From Octopus bimaculoides (Eukaryota): DNA of 64,000 nt. Made by a program: the position numbers and the translations under genes. Below, piece by piece: positions 1 through 13,480 of the stretch; position 1 is the first letter of the stretch; each line of letters opens with the position of its first letter. The DNA lies in the NCBI RefSeq assembly GCF_001194135.2, contig NC_068995.1, positions 32,922,213 through 32,986,212 on the forward strand. The letters run 5' to 3'. The notes under the pieces were generated by a model. It did no database searches. It was given only the letters and a program-made list of their open reading frames with translations, and was not told where the DNA came from.

Positions 1-51
1 ATGTAATGCTTTTTTATTCACATTGTTTTGAATTAATCAAGCAATATCAGA

Positions 52-406
52 CATAGCTGTGTGGTAAGAAGCTTGCTTTCCAACCATATGGTTCCAAGTT
101 CAGACTCACTGCGTGGCACCTTGGGCAAGTCTTCTACTATAGTCTTAGGTCAACCCAAACCTTGTCAGTAGATTTGGTAGATGGAAACTGAAAGAAGCCT
201 GTCATGTGTGTGTGTGTTTGTGTTTCTGTACTTGTCTTCCAACATTGCTTCACATCTGGTGTTGGTGTTTTTACATCCCCATAACTAAGCAGTTCTGCAA
301 AAGAAACTGATAGCATAAGTACCACGCTTATTAAACTTAAAATCCTTCAACGCAGTGCCCCAGCATGGTCGCAGTCTAATGACTGAAACAAGTAAAAGAT
401 AAAAGA
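52..406 (+). mobile_element. tRNA-type SINE family S1 inserted into a TTAA-MITE
   Basis: Head gctgtgtggtaagaagcttgc...ggttc, central (TG)n, tail tgactgaaacaagtaaaagat; MITE sequence resumes on both sides. Further S1 copies at ~886-1032(-), 1228-1585(-), 8790-8935(-), 10776-10925(-), 12636-13025(+), 32790-33145(+), 33405-34010(+), 40830-41020(-), 41470-41605(-). Confidence 0.8.
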
Positions 407-653
407 TATCTTTTAACTTCAAGATTTCAAAGATGTGATTGTTAATTTTTAGAATGACATTGTAGGGTAGATGTGGGTGGCTAGATGTGACTGGTTTGAA
501 CATAAAACTGGTAGAATATTTCAGTCAGATATGGCCAGTTTAAATGCTAAAATATGCGAACAAACAAACACTGGTTGTCAAGAGGTGGGGCAACCATAAA
601 CACAAAAACACACACACATATATATGTAATATATATGATAGCGTACACACACA

Positions 654-870
654 CGAGGGAGTACTGAAAAGTTCCTGGATTTGGGTAAAAGAAAATATAG
701 GAGAATCAGTTAACTATGATTTTATTCAACATATTTCCCTCTCAGATTCACATACTTATTGCAGCAGCCCTTCAGTTTTTCTAAGCCCTGTAAAAGAAGT
801 TGGTAGGTTGGGTTTCCAACTAGGTCTTTTGTGATACCCTTAAAGCCAAGAACTTTTCAGTAGCCCCTTG
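654..870. mobile_element. Tc1/mariner-derived MITE
   Basis: TIRs cgagggagtactgaaaagttcctgg / ccaagaacttttcagtagccccttg followed by TA; second copy at ~37530-37740. Confidence 0.75.
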
Positions 871-2863
871 TATATACACACATTGAGCTTTCACAGTTTC
901 CATCTACAAAATTCAAATTCACTCACAAGGCATTGGTTGGTGAAAGGCTATAGTAGAAGGTACTTGTCCAAGGTTCTGTGCAGTGGGATTGAATCTGAAA
1001 TCACGTAGTTGCAAAGTGAGCTTTTTAACCACGTTCATATGAAAAAGTTCTTAACCAAAATTTATATGAAAATGTTTTTTAAAAGATTAATTCCCTTGAG
1101 ACCTTATGTGTTACTCCACAACCAACAAATATAGTTGTTTGTTAATTGCCGAGTAAACTTCATGAGGATGGTAGATAAAAGAATTGGTAGAGCATCTGAA
1201 AAAATTGTAGTATGTTATCTTTTAATTGTTACTTGTTTCAGTTGTTAGACTACAGCCATTGAAATTTTAATCAAATGAATCAACCCAGTACTTTTTTTTT
1301 GAGCCTGATACTTATTCTATTTTCCCTTTTGCCAAACTGCTAAGTTACTGGGGCATAAGTACACCAGCACCAGTTGTCAAGCAATGGTGGGGGATGAACA
1401 CAGATACAAACACATACACACAATGCGCTTTTGTTAGTTTCTCTGTCTTCCAAATCCGCTTACAAGGCTTTGGTTGGCCCGAGGCTATAGTAGAAAACAC
1501 TCGACAAAGATACCACACAGTGGGTCTAAAACTGGAGCCATGTAGTTGGGAAGCAAGCGTCTTACCATGCAGCCACCCTTGCACCTACATAATGTTCTTT
1601 TACATTCTGAGTTCAAATTCGTACAAGGCCAATTTTGCTTGTCAACTTTTCTAAGGCCAATTAAATAGTACCATCTGGTTACTGGAATTGATTTGATCAG
1701 CATTTCCATTCCCCTATCAATGCTTTGTACATTGTTAAAAAAAAAATCAACATTATAATAGTTCTACTTAGCTGCCTCTTCTCCTTTGTTAATTATACTT
1801 TTTAACAATGCTCTTGACGAAGCACAAATGCCACAGCTTCCCATTTTTCTTCTCTCACTCTCTATAAATTCTTGGTATTTATTTAAGGAAAGTATAGTTA
1901 CTGCATAGATGAAGTAGGCAACTCTTGAAGCTGAAGTTTATCTTCTATTGCAGACGTTACATGCTCTTAGACAGCTTTCCTTATCTAAGACATTGCTTAT
2001 TTTAGAAGTTTTAAAGTGGCAGGTACCAACCGTATTGTTATCAAACGTTTTTGTGAATTGGTTTTGTAACCTTGTTTTGATTCGTGGTAGGGACCTGTTC
2101 ACCTTCCTTTGCTGCTAATACTTTCCTACCTTCTGTAGAATATATGAAGGTAGGCTTTGTAAAAAAACTTTGCTGTCATTGTTGTTGATGTTGTCATCAT
2201 TGCCCTCATTCTCCTCCTCTTTCTTCCCACCATCATCATCATCAGCAGCAGCAGCGTTAGGGTGAACTGGTTGAAACAATAGATTTCTGAATTAAACTAT
2301 TTTCATTGTCATCACATCCATTTTTTTTATGCTGTCTTTGTTTCATACTGCAAAAGTTTTGAGTTTGAATTCCATCAGGATTGGGAAAAATAACATTATT
2401 TATACTATTAAACCTTGGGAGAGGCATTATGCCAGTAATAAACACACGCACTGGTTTGGTCCTTTATTTATTTGTAAACAGTATTTAGGTTTTTTTTGTT
2501 TGTTTGTTTGTTTGTTAAATCATTTCATTGCACTCTTGCAATCTCTTCAGTAACCTGTCTCTCCACTTCCATTTATTTAAGCGTTGTTTTGAAATTGTCT
2601 GGTATGAGCATGTGAGTGTGTTCACGCTCGTATTTATATTTGATGGATATTTGTCCTCATCCGTTTGTTGTTAACACAACGTTTCACCTGATATACCCTC
2701 CAGCATTCATCAGGTGTCTTGGGGAAATTTCGAACCTGGGTTCTCATTCCTAAGGTATTTTTCGATGTTAAGGCGCAGGCATGCACCATGCCGACCAGGT
2801 CTATCTACTAACCCCAAGATTCCAAGTTCGATTCCAGGCAGTGACCTGAATAATAATAATAAT

Positions 2864-3588
2864 TAATTCTGGTTTTATTGGCCACAAGTGCTAACATAAA
2901 ATCAAAAACATGTAAGGGCAAACACCAAACAAAAAGTAGAAAGAGTTTTGCGAAAAAGAAAGGTCTGTGTAAACATTAAAATAATAGCGAAAAAATATAA
3001 CAGTTAGAAAGAACTCTCAATAGGGGGATGCACTTTGAAAAGTTACTTGTGGAAAAACCCATAAAAGCCACGGGAGCCTGGTCAAAAAGAGATAGCCCCT
3101 TTTATATTACCCTTTTTTTTTTTTACAGGTGTAATCTCAGAATTAGTCTGTTCATGCTGGCCATTTTACCAACATTCACCCACCTTTCAATAAATTTGCT
3201 ATGAGACAGCACTTCCCTCTCTACTCTCATCTTCCTTTTCAAGTGGAACTTGAAAAAGTTGATGAGGCCTGGCCAAAGAGGAAAGTCTGACTTTAGCCCT
3301 TTCAAACGGGTCCACCATGCCACCTCTTTCGCTACAGCCACTAGACAAAGGAAAATTGCCCTGCCCTCCCGGTTAAAGGAGGTTGGGGGGGCAATCTTCA
3401 TAATGGATTCAGCTGATAGCCGGATCCGTCCTACACGAGACAGTAGCTGTTCGACATAAACCCATAGGTCAGCAATACTCGGGCACTGGATGAGTGCGTG
3501 TAGAACGGTTTCATCGCACTGAGCGCACCTCAGGCAGGCCCTGCTGACGGCACTTCTGTGCTGGTAGAGTTTATCTTCATATTGGAGG
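2864..3588 (-). mobile_element. 5'-truncated Tx1/L1-clade non-LTR retrotransposon (ORF2 C-terminus and 3' UTR)
   Basis: Minus strand reads DKLYQHRSAVSRACLRCAQCDETVLHALIQCPSIADLW (CCHC knuckle) in frame into ORF 3123..3401; 3' UTR with AATAAA ends at an (ATT)n tract. Confidence 0.75.
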
Positions 3589-4028
3589 TCAGTTTAAATG
3601 TATCCCTTTCAAAAGAAATCCCTGCTGCTACTACCACCATCATCAACACCACCACCACCACTACTACTATGAGAAAGATAGATTGGTATATAAACTCCTT
3701 TCCACAGTTAAGAGGAATGGAATTTTGAGTGGATGTACCCAATTTTCACATTAAAAGGGTTATTTGATCTAGTTGGCAATACCAAACAACATAGGAATGT
3801 TACCTGCAGTAAATGCATCTTCTATTTAATACCATAAAAACAGTGCTAAACACAAAGACACCACAAGGTTTAGGAAGTGTTTATATTATCTTTTGTAAAA
3901 GACCATCGATGCTTGGCTAACTTATCTATCCATTTCTTCATTGGCTCTGCATGTTCTTCCTTGATTCTCCATGGAATTTTTCTTTGCCACTATACTTTTT
4001 ATCTTTCAGAAGACAAAATGTATGTGTG

Positions 4029-4031
<3 letters not shown>

Positions 4032-4100
<69 letters not shown>
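4032..4100. repeat. (GA)n microsatellite
   Basis: Perfect GA dinucleotide run. Confidence 0.95.
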
Positions 4101-4103
<3 letters not shown>

Positions 4104-4807
4104 ATACACTATTAGATTAGTACTACATAAAATGAATGTTGGTTCCTTACACTGTATTGATGACAAACCAGTCTGGCAGTTCCTTTGTTTCTAGGCTTTA
4201 CTGTAGGCTAACAAAATACTTGATAATTTATACAAGTCATGGCCAAAATGTGGCCCTTGTGACTTTATGAATTTTTTTGATCGTGTCTTATGTGGCCTGC
4301 TTCTCAAAAAATGTGGCCCATGCCTGATTTATGCAGTACTCAGAGGGTAGAGGATCAACAGTAGTTGCTTTGTGGTATTTATTTACAACCTTTTACTTTC
4401 TGAGTTCAATATTCTTCCAAGCTCAGCTTTAACTTTCTGGGGTCAATGAAGTTGCAGCAATTGAGTGCTGAGATCACTATAATTGACTCGAATTTTAGTC
4501 CTTGTGCCTATGTAAGAAATCAGCTATAACAACTCTTGTTTGCTTGTATTTATTTGTAGTTTATATACACTAAGCCAGTAGGGAAGAGGGCAGTTCTAGA
4601 GACTAGTTGCAAACTGTCAATTTCTCCAATTAGGGTCTGACACTGATAAATGGCAGTTCTCTAAAAAAATATACAATTTTATTAAAAAAAAAAGATTATG
4701 TTCATTTATGCTTGAATATAGAAACTTTATTGTTATTCATAGTTGTTGACTCAGAAACATATGGCAAACAAGGTAGGAGGAAGAACACCACCACCACCAC
4801 CACCGTT

Positions 4808-5024
4808 TTAACCCTTTTGTTACCATATTTCTGTTAACATATAATGCTTTTGTTCCAATTGAAGTTTTAAAATGATGAAGAATTTAGTAAAATAACTTTT
4901 TCATTATTAAGCTGGTGACATACAATTCTGAAGGAAGATTATAATTTAGATCACTTTAAAACAGTAAGTTTGCATCATGGAACCAGGGGGGCAGCTTCAG
5001 GTGTGTTGGTATCCAAAGGGTTAA
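4808..5024. mobile_element. TTAA-flanked piggyBac-type MITE (variant)
   Basis: TTAA-CCCTTT...AAAGGG-TTAA termini. Confidence 0.7.
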
Positions 5025-5863
5025 TGTCCACTTTTCCATGCTAGCATTGGGTCAGATTTTCTGATAGGATGCCCTGTTACCACCCTCACTTGTTCCAAGC
5101 AAAATAATATTTTCCCCATTACCTTAGATTTTCTCAACGAATATTTGAAATTAATGACACTGAGTCTATGAGAGTGACACTCATTTACAAGTAGTGCATA
5201 ATATGAAGACAAGGAAGGCACGTGTGTGTGTGTGCATGCATATGTGTGTGTGCGTGCACGCACGTGCATCTTCTTCATATTGATAGTTATAAACAAGTGA
5301 TACTGTCATTAAAGTGGTGTTCCTTTCTAATCTGAAAATATGTCTGGCCATGGGAGAAATGCTACCTTTCTTTGGAACAGGTGAAGAACAGTGACAAAAA
5401 GGGCATCTGGCAGTAGAACGTCTGCCTCAATGAATTCCATTTGGCTCATGCAAGCAGGGAAAAGCGAACATTATGGTGATGGTATATGTATTGTGCATGT
5501 GTGTTCATATCTATGTATATACATGTAGATATGTGTGTGTCTGTGTGCTGCTGCTTGTGTTTGTGTGCATTCTGTAAATAAGTATATGATTAAATATAGG
5601 ACAGATTGTAATGAGGGCAGGATGATATTAACTTCATTAAATGTCACATAACTGTCATTGTTTCATATTATTTATTTATTAGTATATTTTCACTTCTTTC
5701 TTTCTTTTTTTTTTTTTGACTTCTGTTGGTCGTGGGGAATGGCTTGGGTATATCATGTCTGAAGGTCTGAAGTAGATTGTTAAAATTACTTATTTAATAG
5801 TAGAATTATGTGAACCTAATCTGCACATGACTGAACTTCAGGGTTAATGTTTACTGAAGTATC

Positions 5864-5916
<53 letters not shown>

Positions 5917-6248
5917 CGGACAGAGACAGAAATAATTTTCATTTTGGGTTTTTGAAAAGACCTTTTGTTTGATGAATTACTAAGGTTCTTTGTGAAATAT
6001 GATGAGAGTTATTCCTGAAAGGGAAACTTCAGAAACCATCAGTTGAAGGTGTGTTCTGAGTGGTATGTAAAAAGTAGGGCTTGGTTATTGGAATTTTATT
6101 TGTAAGGGCTGTAGAGAAAGAGTTCTTTTGTGTATACTTACATGTATATAGATTGTGTGTGTATAAATATCTAATTTGCTGAAGATAGCCAACATGTTCC
6201 CTAATGGTTCTGTTTTATTGATACTCATTGCCATCATTGATACTCCTA

Positions 6249-6474
6249 TTAACCATTTAGCGTATGTATTACTTTGTCAAATGTAATGCTTATTTATTCA
6301 CACTTTTCTGAATTAATCATGCATCACTTTATAGCTTTGAGATTTTGATTTGTGATTGTTTATTTCTAGAATGACAATGTAGGGTAAGTGTAACATGCCA
6401 GTTTTAGCCAGTTTGAACATAAAAAGGTAGAATATTTGGACCAAATATGGTTGGTTTAAATGTTAAAGGGTTAA
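6249..6474. mobile_element. TTAA-flanked piggyBac-type MITE, main family
   Basis: TTAA-CC(A/C)TTTAGC...TAAAGGG-TTAA. Homologous copies at 6951-7186, 1-555 (SINE-interrupted), ~9387-9492, ~11270-11790 (interrupted), ~28447-28660, ~29530-29745, ~35713-35943. Confidence 0.8.
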
Positions 6475-8633
6475 TGCAACTAGCATCATAACTGCATATA
6501 TTTAGAGTCAGTTGAGATTAAAAAAAGCAGGAGGTGTCAGTGTTACTGTGGTTCACAAAAATGTTTAACTACCTCAGTGTTATTCAGGAATCATAGGTGT
6601 ACATGGTGTTGGTTTGGTAAGCAGAAAGAATTGGATAGAAGTAGATAAAATAGGAGAATGGTGTCATGATTCTATATCATTTGATAATTGACATTTCCTA
6701 GTAGCTTAGATAATATACAAGCAGGAAGAGAAATACAAATATAATGAAAAAAAAAAAAGCAATCGTATTCCTCATATTCCTTTTGGTTCACACTAAAGAA
6801 ATAAGGAAGTATTTTCTAGATGTCTTTCATGAAAATAGGTTTCACTTGAAGCTTTATTGCTATACCATCTTCACTGCTTAATAAACATCATAACTTCCTT
6901 AGTATCACCATTCTGATATCGACATTTTGAAATTAATGTTTCATTTAACTTTAACCCTTTGGCATTCAGATTACTTTGTCAAATGTAATTGCTTATTTAT
7001 TCACATTGTTTTAAATTAATCATGCATTATCTTGTAACTTTGAGATTTTGATGATGTGATTGTTTATTTCTTTAGAACGATATTGTAGGGTAGGTGTGAA
7101 AGACCAGATATAGGTTTGACCAACTTGAACATACAAACAGGTAGAATGTTTTGACTGATAAGCCAGTTCAAGTGCTAAAGAGTTAATGTCAAACTGTTGT
7201 TGTGGATACACATTTGACTGCAGTCATTGTTGACATTAGGGTAAGAGTTTGAGTGGTTGTAATGGCTTGAAATATAATTTTTATGACATAAGCAAGCACA
7301 GAATATGTTCATAAAAATATGTTACAATGAATGATTATATGAACATGTGTATCTGTCTGGAAATGCTAGTATATCGATTTCTTAAATTGACAGGTGCCTT
7401 GCAGTTGCATTGACTTCAGTCTATAACTAAAGTTTATTTTTCTTGAAAAGTGAAAAACAAACCTGATCATGATAGTATTGGAAGTTAGAACAAAGAGCAA
7501 TAGCTTTCAGTCTCATGCATAAACAGCTACTTGCATTCAAACCAAAATACTTACCAACTTTTTTTACTTCCATTTATTTTTTCTACTTTATGGAAGTCAG
7601 TATTTTCCCTGTTGACATCCACCTCAGTTAATTTTACTTTTCTCCCAGTTCTGTGCTTTCTAGAAGAAAAGCCCTCACATTATCTCAAAGCTACGAGAAT
7701 TCACTAATGTGATTTATTTATTTTTTTAAAAAGATTTCATACAGGAATTAGATACAACAGATTTTGGCTGGTTTAAACACTAAAGGGTTAAAAAGTGCCA
7801 AAATTATAAAATCAGCTTTTCTGGCCTTTTTGAGGACTTTGGAACCCCAAAACTTTTTTTTTTTTTTTTTTNNNNNNNNNNNNNNNNNNNNNNNNNNNNN
7901 NNNNNNNNNNNNNNNNNNNNNNNNNNNNNNNNNNNNNNNNNNNNNNNNNNNNNNNNNNNNNNNNNNNNNNNNNNNNNNNNNNNNNNNNNNNNNNNNNNNN
8001 NNNNNNNNNNNNNNNNNNNNNNNNNNNNNNNNNNNNNNNNNNNNNNNNNNNNNNNNNNNNNNNNNNNNNNNNNNNNNNNNNNNNNNNNNNNNNNNNNNNN
8101 NNNNNNNNNNNNNNNNNNNNNNNNNNNNNNNNNNNNNNNNNNNNNNNNNNNNNNNNNNNNNNNNNNNNNNNNNNNNNNNNNNNNNNNNNNNNNNNNNNNN
8201 NNNNNNNNNNNNNNNNNNNNNNNNNNNNNNNNNNNNNNNNNNNNNNNNNNNNNNNNNNNNNNNNNNNNNNNNNNNNNNNNNNNNNNNNNNNNNNNNNNNN
8301 NNNNNNNNNNNNNNNNNNNNNNNNNNNNNNNNNNNNNNNNNNNNNNNNNNNNNNNNNNNNNNNNNNNNNNNNNGTTGAAAGAATGACACATACAATACTG
8401 AATATGTTAAGACAATCTGAAAACAATAGAAACTTTGAAGCGTTTACCAGTTTTTATGAAATTTTTGGATTAACGGACTTGAGTTAATGAAAGCTAAATG
8501 TAATGGAAGTTAATTAGTCCGATAATGATTTTCAAAGTTAACTTAAAAGTTAAACTGCTAACGAAAATGTTAGCTTTGTTAATTAATGATTAATGGACTT
8601 ATGCCCAGCTCTGCATATATGTATATACATACT

Positions 8634-8786
8634 CTCGGAGTGGTTGGCGTTAGGAAGGGCATCCAGCTGTAGAAACTCTGCCAAATTAGATTGGAGCCTG
8701 GTGTTGCCTCCTGGTCCACTTGTCCTCAGTCAAATCGTCCATCCGATGCTAGCATGGAAAGCGGACGTTAAACGATGATGATGATA
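8634..8786 (+). mobile_element. Young SINE family S3 (3' part ending in (GAT)n)
   Basis: gagtggttggcgttaggaagggcatccagc...gcggacgttaaacgatgatg; near-identical copies at 21574-21742(+) and 24390-24545(-); older copies at ~5024-5110, 5300-5480, 10495-10700, 11500-11695, 23820-24290. Confidence 0.8.
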
Positions 8787-9098
8787 ACAGTTTCAGTTTC
8801 CGTCTACCAAATCCACTCAGGGCTTTGGTCAGCCTGAGGCTATAGTAGAAGACATTTGCCCAAGGTGCCATGCTGTGAAACTGAACTCAGAACCATGTGG
8901 TTGGAAAGCAAGTGTCTTACCACAGCCATTCCTGCAAGTATGTGGGACATTTTATATTGGAATGGTTTGTTTTCTATATTAAAGTGTTTGTGTGTGAGAG
9001 AGAGCGAGCGAGTGAGTGGTGTGTGTTCCAAACTTATCTATAAGATATTTTGTGATAACTTGAGACTGATTTTATACTGTTTTTCTTTTTCACTCCAG

Positions 9099-9204
9099 GA
9101 CTCAGGAAGGAGTTACTCCATTACATATTGCTGCTACCTGGGGGAACACAGACACACTTAAACTACTGTTAAAGAATGGTGGAGATATAACTTTACGTGA
9201 TGTT
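9099..9204 (+). CDS. ANKLE1: ANKLE1/LEM-3-like nuclease, first visible exon (ankyrin repeat); upstream exon(s) not visible
   Basis: ccag|G acceptor and |gtaagt donor; encodes TQEGVTPLHIAATWGNTDTLKLLLKNGGDITLRDV, a canonical ankyrin repeat resembling the ANKLE1 N-terminus; starts in phase 2, so an earlier exon must exist. Confidence 0.9.
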
Positions 9205-9899
9205 GTAAGTTTTTTTTTTTACGTAAGGTTTTGTTTACTGGTTTGCTCTTACCATTCACTTTTACATTGCTGATGAAATTTTTTTAATGACATTTTTCCT
9301 TTTCCTCCATTATTTAAAGTCAGAGAGGAGTGGAAGAAGTTGAGGGAGTTGTTACCTTTGTTGACAACACAGGAAGAACAGATTGCTTAACCCTTCAGCA
9401 TTTAAACCAACCATATCTGGCCCAAATATTCTTCCCGTTTTATGCTCAAACTGGCCAGATTTGGCCTCTTACACTGTCCCTACAATGCCATTAATAGTGA
9501 CTAACTAATTAGTTCTATAGTCATTTCAGTAGAGCGGTGTCCTTACAGCCATAGATAAATCTGTGGCTCAAAACTGAGCTAATACTCTGATCTTCTTAAC
9601 GTAGATGAACATTTTGGAATTTTCTTTCTTATTTATAGTAGGCAATTACTCAATAGAAATAAAGTCTTTACAAAATATATAATTAGCAACAAAGACAATA
9701 TTAATACTGAGATGTAATATTTATCCCCACTTGAACATAGAGATTCTGTTAGAACAAACTATATTGCAGTTGCACTTTGGTGCATTTTGCACCAGAAGCC
9801 AATATGAGAGTTTGTCTCAAGGTATATATCGCAGTATAGTTTGTTCTAACAGAACATCCATGTTTAAGTGAGGATAAAGGCTTTATAGCCTCTGTGTTT

Positions 9900-10140
9900 A
9901 AGGGAAGGTGCATGGCCAAGTGGTTAGGGTGTTGCGTTCATGATTGCAAGATCATAGTTTCAATTCCCAGACTGGGCAGTGCATTGTGTTTTTGAACAAA
10001 ACACTTCAATTCACATTGCTCCCGTTCACTCAGCTGTAAATGAGTAGCCCTGCAATGAACTGGTATGCTATTCAGGGGGAATGTTTGTGATCTTGACCAC
10101 TTACACACCATGGAAACTGGGTAACCAGCAGTATGAGACC
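9900..10140 (+). mobile_element. tRNA-headed SINE (family S4)
   Basis: A-box (tggccaagtggttagg) and B-box-like (gtttcaattcc) head followed by a conserved body; related heads at 13066-13450(-) and ~14160-14320(-). Confidence 0.65.
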
Positions 10141-11115
10141 TGGAGCTTCAAATAGTGCTCACTCACTTTATATCTGTACTTATGTATCCTTTTTTTTTTT
10201 TTTGAGTTTACACAGAAACAGGGCTCTTTATTCATATATTTGCAAGTAATATGTTCATGGTTAAAAATTCTATAAACCAAATTCAGTTATTCAAACAGTA
10301 TTACTGATCTCAACTTTAGAGTAGTTACACCATTTCCATATTGTAAAAGGCAACTAAAAAGATTGACAATAAGAAGGCCATCGGATCAAAACACACTACC
10401 TCAGAAAAGATATTCAACTGATATCAACATAAAAAAGTAGATAATGCTGATAATACTAGTACACTTGTTAGTTTAAATATCTAATACTCTGATATCATCA
10501 TCACTTTAATGTCCATCTTTCCATGCTGACATGGGTTGGATGGAGTTTATTGAGGCAGATTTCTATTGCTGGGTCCCTTTCTTGTCACCAACCCTCACCT
10601 ATTTCCAAATAAGGTAATACTCTCCATGGCCAGACATGTTTCCATGGAAGATTGAGAACAGAGGACACCACTTGCATGATGGTGACATGCATTTACAACC
10701 TTCACAGGTTTTGTCAATGCAAAGAACACTAATGCACATACATACACACATAATATATATGCCTACATATGCAATGGGCTTCTTTCAGTTTCCATCTACT
10801 AAATCCACTTGCAAGGCTTTGGTCAGCCTGGGGCTATAGACACTTGCCCAAGGTGCCATGTAATGAGACTGAACCTGAGACCATGTCATTGGGGACCAAG
10901 CTTCTTACCATACAGCCATGCCTGCACCTACAGATTATTTATTTATTTCTGTTGAATGTTATATCAAACGGTTTATTTTTATTTGACTTATAATAATTGC
11001 CAGTTTTAACATTTAGAAGAAATTATGACGCATATGCCTTAGCTATGTTTGATGTTTAATTGAAAAAGTTTCAATATCAAGAATTTTATCTCTTATTTTC
11101 ATTTTCACATTCTAG

Positions 11116-11251
11116 GATGGAAACACAGCTTTGGATATGGCTCAGAATTATGCACATGAAGATTGTATCAAAATCTTGCAAAGACATTCCCAGAAGTTGA
11201 AATCCAAGTTAGATGCTCACATGAGACAATTAAAACGAAGCCGTTCACTAA
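11116..11251 (+). CDS. ANKLE1: ANKLE1-like exon (end of ankyrin region)
   Basis: ctag|GAT...CTA A|gtaagt; DGNTALDMAQNYAHEDCIKILQRHSQKLK... continues the ankyrin repeat in frame from the previous exon. Confidence 0.9.
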
Positions 11252-12599
11252 GTAAGTAAATGTCTTCTTTAGCTCTTTAGCATTTAAGCTGGCCATATCC
11301 AGCCCAAGTATTTTACCTGTTTTATGCTTGAACTGGCTAGATCCAGCTTCTAGCACATCCTACAATGTCATTTTGGACACTGGGCCTCACTAAGGAAATG
11401 ACAAGGGACCTGAAGATGTGGCGATTTTCTGTACTTGATAAGACGTATCAGGCTCAGTAAAATTGCTGCCTTCCACACATACAGGCTTGTCCTTTCAGGT
11501 GCCGGTGCCACATACAAAGCACCAGTGCCAGTGCTGTGTAGTGGTTGGTATTAGGAAGGGCATCCAGCCATAGAAACCATGCCACAACAGACAACTGGAG
11601 TCTGGACAGTTCCCAGCTGGTCAACTCCATGGTAAATGTGTCCAACCCATGCCAACATTGAAAACAGACATTAAACAATGATGATGATGACATCATCAAA
11701 TCTTGAATCTGTGACATAATGCATGATTAATTCAAAACATTGTGAATAAATAGGCATTTGACAGAGTAATCTAAATGCTAAAGAGATAAAATTGACTGGA
11801 TATCTGTGATTCAGTTATTGATTGACTAGAATCTGGCCTCTAGACTGGTTCAAGATATGCAAGTTGAATTGCTGTGTAGCTTTAGACGAGCCACATTTTT
11901 CTGTTACTCTTTTAGTGGTTTCAGTCATTAAACTGCACCCATACTACAACATCACCTTCAAGGATTTTTAGTCACTCATATAGAGCCTGGTACTTGTTTC
12001 ATTTCTGTACTTGATTTCTTTGTATCTATTAAATTGTTTCGTCTTGTTTTGATGTGTTTTTATGTTGCACCAGTACAAGTGAGGTCACTATGCTACTTGC
12101 AAGACTCAAGATCCTCTTCAACCTAGTAGGTTTCAGTAGAGTAGGAGTCGGTTTTATGGTAGGAGATGAATGGGTGGATGGTGGCAGTGGTGGTGGTGGT
12201 GTGTGTGTGGGGGGTTAGGTGTGAGATAACGGACCAGAACAGAATGGGTTTGTTGCAGAACAGAATGGGTTTGTTGTAGAAGAGTTACACAGTTACTCAC
12301 ATTACAGAAGAGAGGGTAGGAGTTGCTGGGTTGGAGCTGGAAGGAGATACAAATACTGGCGATGGGGTGTCAGAGTGGACCCTCAAGGTATGGAGTGAGT
12401 TGAAGTGAGTGGGGACAGGAGAAAAGGGTGATTGAGTGGGTAGAGGTTGCAGTAGTTTATGGGGAGAGTGAGGGATGGTTAGAGATGTGGAATGAACATG
12501 TGTTGAAGGATGATCTGTAGGGAGAAGTAGATGAACTCACATGTAGAATATGGCAGTGATAGAGTGAACATGTGAGAAAGAAAAAAACCCATAGCAATA

Positions 12600-12636
<37 letters not shown>

Positions 12637-13030
12637 TACAGGCATGGCCATGCGGTAAGAAGCTTGCTTCCCAACCACATGATTATGGATTCAGTTCCAC
12701 TGCATGGCACCTTGGGCAAGTGTCTTCTACTTTAGCCTAAAGCCCACCAAAGTCTTGTGAATGGATTTGGTAGACAAACGGAATGAAACCCACTGTATTT
12801 ATATATGTATGTGTGTGTGTTTTTGTGCCTGTATTTGTCCCCCCATCACTGCTTGACAACTGGTGTGTTTATGTCCCTGTAACTTAGTAGTCTGGCAAAA
12901 AAAGGCCGATAAAATAAGTACTAGGCTTAAAAAATAAATCCTGGAGTCAACTTGTTTGACTAAATCCCTTTGAGGCAGTGCTCCAGCATGGCCTGTCAGA
13001 TGACTGAAACAAGTAAAGAAATGAAAGAGA

Positions 13031-13065
<35 letters not shown>

Positions 13066-13066
<1 letters not shown>

Positions 13067-13449
13067 CGTCGTGGCACTCTGTTGGTTATGATAACGAAGG
13101 TTCCAGTTGATCCAATCAACGGAACAGCCGGCTCATGAAATTAACAGGCAAGTGGCTGAGCACTCCACAGACATGTGTACCTGTAACATAGTTCTCAGGG
13201 AGATTCAGAGTGACACAGAGTTTGACAAAGCTGGCCCTTTGGAATACAGGTACAACAGAAACAGGAAGAAAGAGTGAGAGAAAGTTGTGGTGAAAGAGTA
13301 CAGCAGGGTTCACCATCACCCTCTGCCGGAGCCTTGTGGGGCTTTAGGTATTTTTGCTCAATAAACACTCACGATGCTCAGTCTAGCAATCGAAACCGCG
13401 ATCCTATGACCACGAGTCCACTGCCCTAACCACTGGGCCATTGCATCTC

Positions 13450-13450
<1 letters not shown>
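13066..13450 (-). mobile_element. Full-length tRNA-derived SINE
   Basis: Minus strand begins ggagatgcaatggcccagtggttagggcagtggactcgtggtcataggatcgcggtttcgatt (tRNA-like A/B boxes); flanked by microsatellites. Confidence 0.7.

Positions 13451-13480
<30 letters not shown>

Noticed and set aside
1953-2021. Possible upstream exon (ttgcag|ACGTTA...TGGCAG|gtacc)
   Set aside because: The only open frame is not ankyrin-like, and its phase does not fit the exon at 9099.
7748-8426. Long ORFs spanning N runs (also 26687-27445, 58110-58625, 59974-60817)
   Set aside because: Artefacts of assembly gaps; no coding evidence. The missing ANKLE1 5' exon could lie in 7872-8373 but cannot be seen.
12236-12277. 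21-bp direct repeat (cagaacagaatgggtttgttg x2) as a CRISPR-like array
   Set aside because: Only two adjacent copies with no spacer, in a eukaryotic intron; simple slippage duplication.
13380-13450. tRNA-like sequences (also ~9905-9975 and 46097-46175)
   Set aside because: They lack complete acceptor stems and continue into SINE bodies, so they are SINE heads rather than tRNA genes.
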